IMG/VR virus record: IMGVR_UViG_3300048574_000519
Location: 1-60,699 of that record
Strand: one strand, 5' to 3'
Length of the DNA: 60,699 nt
Source of the DNA: a virus
Lineage: Duplodnaviria; Caudoviricetes
The stretch's first letter is position 1; every line of letters begins with the position of its first letter. Of the stretch, positions 1 to 6,990 are shown piece after piece. A program made the position numbers and the translations under genes. The notes beneath the pieces were generated by a model, which was not told where the DNA came from, did no database searches, and saw only the letters and a program-made list of their open reading frames with translations.

Positions 1-915
1 TCACGCGTTCTTCGCCCGTTCGCCGATGGGCAAAATGGTCGCCATAGCCGCCGAGGCGTTCTCTTTCTGAAGCGACAGTCGGCAGTACCGGGCAACCATG
101 GGCTCACTCATGCCGACGATGTTGGCGATCTGGCGGGTGTTGAACCCAAGCCGGTCAAGGCGCACACAGGCGTGGGCTCGGAGCCCGTGCATCACGAGGT
201 GCAGCCGGCGGTGCTCACCGAGATCCGGATGGGTGTCGCGGACGTGCATCCAGGCGTGGGTTAGGCCGACGCGCGACCAGGGCTCACCGCCTTCACGCAC
301 GCAGATCCGCCCAACCTCTTCCTTCCAGCTGGCCACGGTGGCGATCAGGTCGTCGTCGAACGGCACCCACAGCTCGCGCCCGGTCTTCTTCGTGACGACG
401 TTGATGCCGAGCCGGCCCTTGTACGTCTCCAGGTCCGACCACAGCATCTTGACGATGTCCGACCCGCGTTGCCCCGTGCCGGCGGCCATGATGATGGGGC
501 GCACGAGCTGCGGGGGCACGGCGGCCAGCGCCGCGGTGATGTGCCCGACGGACCATGGGATGTGCCCACCTTGTGGGCGCTCGAACTCAATACCGGTCGT
601 GATGTGCTGTGGGAGCTTTTCGCGCACGAGCGCCCACTTCTCCAGCTGGCGTAAGGCCGTGACGACGGCAAGCTGCGCACCCGGCTTGCCGGCGAGCTTG
701 TCGACGAGCCCCTGCACGACGGATGGGCGGACGTCACGGATGCTCAGCGCGCCCAACATGTCTGGCCGGGCAGCGAGGTCGAGGTACATGCCCCAGAGGT
801 CCTGGGTGCCTTGCGCCAGCCCTTGAAACCTTGGGCTCGCCTTGAACTCCCGGATCACGACGACGAACTGGCCGTCGGCGACGCGGGCGGCCTTACGCCG
901 GGGTTGTTGGGGCAT
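1..915 (-). CDS. int: Tyrosine recombinase / phage integrase
   Basis: Catalytic pattern: GTGQRGSD (R), VTKKTG (K), HGLRAH (HxxR), MVARY (Y). GAGG RBS upstream. Confidence 0.92.
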   Translation of the reverse strand: MPQQPRRKAARVADGQFVVVIREFKASPRFQGLAQGTQDLWGMYLDLAARPDMLGALSIRDVRPSVVQGLVDKLAGKPGAQLAVVTALRQLEKWALVREKLPQHITTGIEFERPQGGHIPWSVGHITAALAAVPPQLVRPIIMAAGTGQRGSDIVKMLWSDLETYKGRLGINVVTKKTGRELWVPFDDDLIATVASWKEEVGRICVREGGEPWSRVGLTHAWMHVRDTHPDLGEHRRLHLVMHGLRAHACVRLDRLGFNTRQIANIVGMSEPMVARYCRLSLQKENASAAMATILPIGERAKNA

Positions 916-918
916 TGG

Positions 919-1167
919 TTACCTCAAAGGTTGAATATGTTCGGCGTCAGCGTCACCGAGAGCCTGCTCCGCGAACTCGACGGCGCACAAGATCCGGTTT
1001 TTCGCCGACTGGTAGGCCCGGTCAGCCCTGGAGCCGCGGCGGCTCACCGGCCAGTTTTCCTCCAGCGTGGCCAGATCTTGCTCCAGCCCAGGCTTTATCC
1101 TGGCCACCAGCTCCAATGCGAGTTGCTGCTTCGTCTTCACGCCGGCTCTCCTTTGTTCGTGTTCCAA
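919..1167 (-). CDS. Hypothetical protein directly upstream of the integrase (possible excisionase by position)
   Basis: 82-aa ORF with a stop 4 nt from the int start. Function inferred from position only. Confidence 0.5.
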   Translation of the reverse strand: MEHEQRRAGVKTKQQLALELVARIKPGLEQDLATLEENWPVSRRGSRADRAYQSAKNRILCAVEFAEQALGDADAEHIQPLR

Positions 1168-1349
1168 GCGAGCACCTTCTCCGCCTGCCGGCGGAAGTCC
1201 CCGCGCTCCCGGTAGAGCCGCTTCATCTCGACCCAGTCAGCCTGAGTAGGCTCGGCCTTGGCCCGGATGGCGTCGTGCGCCGCGTGGTTCTTCACGATCT
1301 CCTGGAACAGGGGAGGGATGCGCTGCGCGCTATTGGAGAACGCCATCAC
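1137..1349 (-). CDS. Hypothetical protein
   Basis: 70-aa ORF with a GGAGG RBS, overlapping its neighbours in the operon. Confidence 0.55.
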   Translation of the reverse strand: MMAFSNSAQRIPPLFQEIVKNHAAHDAIRAKAEPTQADWVEMKRLYRERGDFRRQAEKVLAWNTNKGEPA

Positions 1350-1696
1350 ATCGCCTCCAACAAGGCTCGGATCTCCGCCGACAGCTCGGTAGAGGGTGGG
1401 TGGCTGCCGTAATCAGTCTCGTCCCACCACCGCTTCTTCATCGGCGACGGTAGGGAGCGCCACTGGGCTTGGCTATAGTGCCAAGTTCTGGTGACGACGC
1501 ACGCCCCCGCCAGTTTGAGCTGGTCCGGATTGTAGACGTGCAACGCCCCCGCCACTTCCGGCGCCGTGCACTCGACGACGACGCGGGTCTCACCCGCGCG
1601 CGTCTTGAAGACACTCACGACGACACCCGGCCATCGATATCCGCTCACTTTCTCGACCCGATCTCCGATCTCGAAACCGCCAGTGGTGCCCATCAC
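1346..1696 (-). CDS. SH3-like protein resembling DfrB/R67 dihydrofolate reductase
   Basis: FEIGDRVEKVSGYRWPGVVV...VVEC...GALHVY resembles the R67 pattern GDRVRKKSGAAWQGQIV...AVES...GSVQIY. Confidence 0.55.
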   Translation of the reverse strand: MMGTTGGFEIGDRVEKVSGYRWPGVVVSVFKTRAGETRVVVECTAPEVAGALHVYNPDQLKLAGACVVTRTWHYSQAQWRSLPSPMKKRWWDETDYGSHPPSTELSAEIRALLEAM

Positions 1697-2103
1697 TTTT
1701 CCTCCATCACGAAGTAGTAGCCCTCTCGGGATCGGCTCTTGATCCAGCAGTGAAGCGGCGCGAGCTTGTCGCGCAGATCGCTCACGTAGCGCCGGATCGT
1801 GGTGAACGAGCGCTTGAGGTTCTTGCCGTAGACGGCGGCTTGCAACGCTGCATTGCTGATGGGCTCGCCCTTGTAGCCATGGATCGCGAGCAGCACGTCC
1901 ATCTCGGTGGTGGTCAGCCGCACCACCGGGCCGCCGTCGCGGGTCACGGTGTTACGCCCCGTGGTGTCGATCACGAGCGGTCCGGTGACCACCGGGTCGA
2001 CCATCGCGCGCAGGGTCTTGGCGACGTCCACCAGCTGAATGATGTCGAGCCGTCCGTTGATGAATTCTTCGATCTGGTGGGCGGCTTCGCAAAGCGGGTC
2101 CAT
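1693..2103 (-). CDS. OmpR/PhoB-type winged-helix DNA-binding protein
   Basis: VRLTTTEMDVLLAI...LQAAVYG...TIRRYVSDLRDKL...IKSRSREGYYF matches the Trans_reg_C pattern. No receiver domain. Confidence 0.8.
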   Translation of the reverse strand: MDPLCEAAHQIEEFINGRLDIIQLVDVAKTLRAMVDPVVTGPLVIDTTGRNTVTRDGGPVVRLTTTEMDVLLAIHGYKGEPISNAALQAAVYGKNLKRSFTTIRRYVSDLRDKLAPLHCWIKSRSREGYYFVMEEK

Positions 2104-2106
2104 GGT

Positions 2107-5100
2107 TTATGCCTCGTCGATGAAGTTGGTGAGCGGGGTTCCCGCAAGGTCGATCTGGAACAGGTACTCAGTCATGCCGGCGTACATGGTGCCGGAGCCC
2201 ATGCGGCCGATCACCTTCGTGGCGCCGAGCTCGCTCATCAGCGCCGTGGTGAAGATGTGCCGCGAAATCTTCTTCTGCGTCAGCCATTCGCCCAGGCCGG
2301 CCGAGGAAATTCTCATGAGCTTGTCGTCCATGCCGATGTGGACGTGGATGGCGCCGAGCCGCGAGGCGTCGTGAAGCACCTTGATCGTGTTCGCCGGCGG
2401 CTTGCCCTTGGCGACATGGATACGGTTGGTGGTCAGCGTGTGGAATGACCGCGACGCGCCCAGGAACTGCGCCAGCTGGTGGGTGATGTTCAGCTGCTGC
2501 TTAATGTCGTTCGGCTGCGCCGCCTTGTGGGCTCGAGACTTCGCCAATACGCTCAGGAGGAAGTCCTTTAGCGCCACCTCGTCGATCGCCGTGAGGTTCA
2601 GCTCGTTGGCGTATCGCGCGCCCATCAGGATGACGCCGATCGTCGCCAGCCAGAAGCGCTCCTCTTCGGTGGTGGCGACCTCCTTACCCAGGTCGCTCAT
2701 GAAGGTCGCCATTTCGGCGTCGACACGGGCATGGTTGGCGCCGAGGAACTGGGCGTAGGTCAGCCCCGCATGGCCGTAGTTGTGGTGAAGCGCCGCGATC
2801 ATCCGCTGGGCGGTGCTCGGCTCGATGCGGCCGGCCTGCGTCGTCGGCGGGCGCACGACGAACTCGAACACCCTGTAGAGCCCGGCCGTCGTGGTGACGG
2901 TCCGGTTGGCGACGTAGTCCAGGAGGCTGTCGTTGGAGCAGCTCACCAGGAGCGTCTGCCACTCGCCGAGCTCTCGCTGCTGCGCGCGGGAGTTCATGCG
3001 CGCCTTGCCCTTGCCGCCGGTGGTCTCGAAGACCATGTTGACGAACTTGGCGGTGTCCTCCTCGGTCTTCAGCTCATCCCAGAAGATGGGCAGTGATTGG
3101 AGCTCGCCGATCTTCCCCATCACCGAGTTGTGGGTGTCGCCGAGTGACGCGATGCCCTTCACTGGGTCGCCCCACACGGCCTGGGCGACCTTCAGCGCAG
3201 TCGTCTTGCCGATGCCACTCTCGATCGAATAGGCGCTCATGACGACACCCGAGTGGCCGGTAAACTTCACCAGCGGCGCGGCGAACGCGCTCGCCAGGAT
3301 GGCGTCCAAGTCGGGCCTACCTTGCGAGGTAATCAGGCTCGCGGCCGCGGTCCACGGGGCGACCCCGCCGGTGGGCTCGTACTGGCGGGCAATGACAGTG
3401 TTCGGGTTGGCCGCGGCGCGATTGCCCCCGGGCATCCACAGCTCGCCGCCGAAGACGAACCCCTCCAAACGCCCGGTGCGGTTGGCGTGGCACCACCCGA
3501 AGGGTGACGACGTCACGCTGTCCCGTGTGTCTTGCAGTTTCTTGATCCAGCTCATAACGAACCTCGACACGTTCTCGACGCCGTTGTTACCGATCGGCAG
3601 CATGAGCGCCTGCTCCTGGAGACAGGCGCGCATGCCCATGCCGCCGACGGCTTCGGTTGGCACGAGGATCTGCTTGCTGTTGCCGCGCTCGACCACAGTG
3701 TCGAAGTGGAGCACCCACGGGTCCTTCTGGAGCCACGGGTTGTCCATCCGGTACTCGCAGATCGGGATCAGGTGGTTGGTGCCGTCGGGATCGACCTTGA
3801 GCGCGTTGATCAGGCCCTGTGCATCGCGCACATATCCGGCGGGGAGGTCACTTGCGGATGGAGACCCGGACGCCGGCGTTGGCACCGAACCAAGTGGAGA
3901 GGACGTCGAAGTTGACCCTGTGACCGTCGGCCCAGGCGTCGCGCCAGTGAACGGTTTTGATGGTCCGAACCCGGAAGTTGTTCCGGCTGTCGTAGTCGAG
4001 ACGCTCGTTGGCGTCCCAGTTGGTAACAATTGGGGGCTTGTCGATGGCAGACCGAAGTTCAACGGTGATTTTCCCAACGGGAAGTTCGGGCACGACTGGC
4101 ACTGTGTTGCGCCGGCGGTGCTGATACTCTGACATCTGGGCCATCCAAGATCCAATCTGGCGCGTTCGCGCTGTTTGCGTTCATAGAGTTCGTCGGTGCT
4201 CGCCGGCGTATACCCGGGGTGCCCCGACGCCATGTCGTGCGCATCCTGCGGACCACCGGACGTGAAGGTCGCGATAAGCGTCGTCAGGTTCCACAGCGGG
4301 TTCGGAAGGCTCGCGCCCTTGGTGTTGATGGCGTCGCGGATGAAAGCGCAGTTCACCCCAACCGCCACGAGATCAATGTTCAGGGCTTCGCGCGGCGCGA
4401 TCCCGCTGCTCAGTGCGTTATCGGTGACCGGCGCGCGCCTCGGAAACAGCGAGCTCGGGACGTGAACGTGTGATGGTGTGGTGGTTATATAGGGCGTCAG
4501 GATCTGCTCGATGCGCGCCACGCTGTAATCGAAGTCGGTCTTGGCGCTCGCCAGCTTCACCGGCCGTGGTGTGGTGGTCTTATGGTTGAATGTGTCGGGC
4601 AGGCGCAGCACGCGGACGCTGTCCACGGTGCACTGCGTGTCGCACTTCAAGCCAAGCGCCTTGGTGGCCTCGGCGAGCGCGTTCGCCAGCGGCTGCCATT
4701 CGGGCGGGGTGAGTGCGCGATCGAGCGTCCAGTAGGTGTGCAGGCCGCCGCCCGACGCCACCACAAGGCTCGGCTTCGGCATGCCGCTGCCCTTGAGGAA
4801 CTGCGCCAGGGCCGCGATGGCTGCGTCCATCGAGTCGTAGGAGTTCTTGTCCACGCCCTTGGCGTCGATGTCGAGGAACAGGGACTTGAGCGCGACCGCG
4901 TTCTCGGCGAGCCGGACCGGCGCGTACCACTTGAAGTTCTGGTTTTTCTTGCTGATACGCTCAATGGCGCTGTGCTGCGTCGCCATGCAGACATAGACGT
5001 CGCGGGTGTCAGCTCCACGGAGCGCGAAATCCACGGCCTTGATCGCGTCGTCGACCGAGCGCACGGCGCGGCCGGTCCACGGCAGCAGCTCTTTGCCGTG

Positions 5101-5229
5101 CTTGTCGGTCTTGATTTTGCCGTTGGTCGGCCGGAACGTCCAGTGGACATTCACGAAGGCCGGCTCGTCACCGTCCTGTGGCCAGGGCAAGACACGGCTG
5201 AGATATTCGCGCGCACCGTCGAATGACAT
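2107..5229 (-). CDS. Primase-helicase (RepB-like primase N-terminus plus DUF927/P-loop helicase)
   Basis: FLDID, VVASGGGLHTYW and RVLRLPDTFNHK primase motifs; SGIGKTT Walker A; FWDE Walker B. Confidence 0.85.
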   Translation of the reverse strand: MSFDGAREYLSRVLPWPQDGDEPAFVNVHWTFRPTNGKIKTDKHGKELLPWTGRAVRSVDDAIKAVDFALRGADTRDVYVCMATQHSAIERISKKNQNFKWYAPVRLAENAVALKSLFLDIDAKGVDKNSYDSMDAAIAALAQFLKGSGMPKPSLVVASGGGLHTYWTLDRALTPPEWQPLANALAEATKALGLKCDTQCTVDSVRVLRLPDTFNHKTTTPRPVKLASAKTDFDYSVARIEQILTPYITTTPSHVHVPSSLFPRRAPVTDNALSSGIAPREALNIDLVAVGVNCAFIRDAINTKGASLPNPLWNLTTLIATFTSGGPQDAHDMASGHPGYTPASTDELYERKQRERARLDLGWPRCQSISTAGATQCQSCPNFPLGKSPLNFGLPSTSPQLLPTGTPTSVSTTTAGTTSGFGPSKPFTGATPGPTVTGSTSTSSPLGSVPTPASGSPSASDLPAGYVRDAQGLINALKVDPDGTNHLIPICEYRMDNPWLQKDPWVLHFDTVVERGNSKQILVPTEAVGGMGMRACLQEQALMLPIGNNGVENVSRFVMSWIKKLQDTRDSVTSSPFGWCHANRTGRLEGFVFGGELWMPGGNRAAANPNTVIARQYEPTGGVAPWTAAASLITSQGRPDLDAILASAFAAPLVKFTGHSGVVMSAYSIESGIGKTTALKVAQAVWGDPVKGIASLGDTHNSVMGKIGELQSLPIFWDELKTEEDTAKFVNMVFETTGGKGKARMNSRAQQRELGEWQTLLVSCSNDSLLDYVANRTVTTTAGLYRVFEFVVRPPTTQAGRIEPSTAQRMIAALHHNYGHAGLTYAQFLGANHARVDAEMATFMSDLGKEVATTEEERFWLATIGVILMGARYANELNLTAIDEVALKDFLLSVLAKSRAHKAAQPNDIKQQLNITHQLAQFLGASRSFHTLTTNRIHVAKGKPPANTIKVLHDASRLGAIHVHIGMDDKLMRISSAGLGEWLTQKKISRHIFTTALMSELGATKVIGRMGSGTMYAGMTEYLFQIDLAGTPLTNFIDEA
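3848..4144 (-). CDS. Candidate nested -1-frame ORF or frameshift tail inside the primase linker
   Basis: The alternative frame shows the genome's G/C-ending codon bias. The primase frame here is an S/T/P/G-rich linker with many A/T-ending codons. G-GGA-AAA heptamer at 4075-4069. Confidence 0.55.
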   Translation of the reverse strand: MAQMSEYQHRRRNTVPVVPELPVGKITVELRSAIDKPPIVTNWDANERLDYDSRNNFRVRTIKTVHWRDAWADGHRVNFDVLSTWFGANAGVRVSIRK

Positions 5230-5301
5230 TCTGACACTTCCAAGCCAAGCCGAGCTGGTGGTGGTGGGCCGGGGAGTGATCCCCAGCCCGGTATCCGGCC
5301 G

Positions 5302-6321
5302 TTAGGCCGGCATCAGCGCGGCCATCTTGGCGTCGATGTCATCCTCGAAGGACGTACCCGCCGGTGGTGCAGTGTCCACGCCACCGGTGGGGAGCTGCGT
5401 CGGGACCGTCTCGACGGGTTCGGCGGGCTGCGGTGCCCCTCCAAAGCCGCCGGTCGCTGCCTTCCGCTCGTCGGCTGCCGCGATCACACGCTGGATCGGG
5501 TCGGAGCTCGGCGTGGCCGCCGGGGTCATCGCGGGAACCGGGTCGACCGGCTTGGGCTGCTCGAAGTTCGGCGTCTCGGGGGCAACGCCAGCGTCGTGCT
5601 CCGAGCCCTCCGCCAGAATGCGGGCGACGACCGGGTCTTCGCGCAGCGCGACCACGAGATCCGCCTCCGCGTCCGACAGCGGACGGACTTCGTTGACCAC
5701 GAACTTCGGATAGCTCTCCTTCGCGTCGAAGGCGATCCGGGTGCCGATCGAGTAGTAGGGGTAGCCCATCTTCCCCATGCGGTCGCCGTACTGGGCGAAT
5801 TCCTGGAGCGAGGCCGCAGGTACGCGCAGCAGCATCGGGCCGCCGAGCATCTCGTTCTTGATGTCCAGCAACGGCACGACGGCGAGGCGACGGCTGTCGC
5901 TGCACGCCTTTCCCTGTTTGCCGGCCGGGGTGATGCGCGACCCCCAGGCGTTCTTCGGGCAGGCGGCGCACGTCGTGCATTCTTTGAGCTGCACGCCGGC
6001 GTCGGGTGTCACGCCGTTGGTAGAGAAGCAGTCGGGCGGGGCGCTGGAGCCCTCCACCCAGCCGGCCTTGTAGAAGATCTTGGAGATCGAGGGGGACGCC
6101 TTGACGATGACGACTTCGACTGAGCCCCGCGGCCCGTCGCCGTCGTCGCGCATGAGCTGGACTTCTTCGCCGCGATAGCGCGTCGACCAGACCTTGCCGC
6201 GGTAACCGAGAATGCTGAAGCCGCCTTGGATGTTCGCCGCGAGATCGTTCTCGGCTTTGACGTTGGCGAAGCGTGAGGAGATGGCGGTGCCAGTGAAGGC
6301 GGTGGGAACGAGCGCGTTCAT
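5302..6321 (-). CDS. Putative ssDNA-binding or annealing replication protein
   Basis: PDCFSTNG, CAACPKNAWGS and GKACSDSRRLAV motifs; acidic C-terminal tail; lies between primase and helicase. Confidence 0.6.
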   Translation of the reverse strand: MNALVPTAFTGTAISSRFANVKAENDLAANIQGGFSILGYRGKVWSTRYRGEEVQLMRDDGDGPRGSVEVVIVKASPSISKIFYKAGWVEGSSAPPDCFSTNGVTPDAGVQLKECTTCAACPKNAWGSRITPAGKQGKACSDSRRLAVVPLLDIKNEMLGGPMLLRVPAASLQEFAQYGDRMGKMGYPYYSIGTRIAFDAKESYPKFVVNEVRPLSDAEADLVVALREDPVVARILAEGSEHDAGVAPETPNFEQPKPVDPVPAMTPAATPSSDPIQRVIAAADERKAATGGFGGAPQPAEPVETVPTQLPTGGVDTAPPAGTSFEDDIDAKMAALMPA

Positions 6322-6374
6322 AACTGCTCCATTGAAGTGTGTGGGTGGATTAGAGGGTAGAACCGAGACGGTGG

Positions 6375-6764
6375 TCAGCCGGCGCGGCGAACTCCTACGA
6401 CGTGGGTGACTGAGTAATTCACTCCGGGGGGAGGGGCCTTGTTGTTGGCGATGAAGTCCTCGACTGCGGTGACGTTGGCCTTGTAGTCGAGAAGATCGAA
6501 AGCCTTGTTGTTCAGGACGTAGTTCCAGAACGCGGCCTTGTCGGCGAGCCCGGCGGCCTTCTTGTCGGTCCGGTAGACCGTGCCGGCGCCGGTCGCCGCG
6601 CTGTCCACATTGAGCGAGCTCAGGTGGGCCAGTAGAACACTGTTCAGTTGCTCCAGTGTCTCCTCGAAGGGGGCAAGGGCCTTTTTATTTGCGTCCTTGA
6701 GTGCCTTGATGTGATCACGCAACTTGACGTACTGGTCGACGCGCTTGTTGATGTCGGCGGCCAT
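6375..6764 (-). CDS. Conserved phage replication-module hypothetical protein
   Basis: Coiled-coil N-terminus, GTVY, PPPGVN C-terminus; GGAG RBS. Confidence 0.7.
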   Translation of the reverse strand: MAADINKRVDQYVKLRDHIKALKDANKKALAPFEETLEQLNSVLLAHLSSLNVDSAATGAGTVYRTDKKAAGLADKAAFWNYVLNNKAFDLLDYKANVTAVEDFIANNKAPPPGVNYSVTHVVGVRRAG

Positions 6765-6766
6765 GG

Positions 6767-6976
6767 TCATTCTCTCCAGTTTCGTCGGACAGGGTTGTCC
6801 AACTTTCCGATGTGATACCCGCCGCAGTGGCGGCACTTGTAGGGCTGCCCGCGAACACCACGGCGTGAGCGCCGGTCAGCGACTTCCTTGGCGAGCCGCT
6901 GGCTCTCGAAGCGCACCTTGCCCGTGCACTGCGCGAGTACGGCGCCCTGTTCGTCTAAGACTTTGCGGTTCTCCAC
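6767..6976 (-). CDS. Small Zn-finger-like protein
   Basis: GTG start after GGAGG; CTGKVRF...PYKCRHCGGYHIG. Only the 3' part of track ORF 6767-7903 is credible. Confidence 0.7.
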   Translation of the reverse strand: MENRKVLDEQGAVLAQCTGKVRFESQRLAKEVADRRSRRGVRGQPYKCRHCGGYHIGKLDNPVRRNWRE

Positions 6977-6990
6977 TGTCACCTCCGGGG

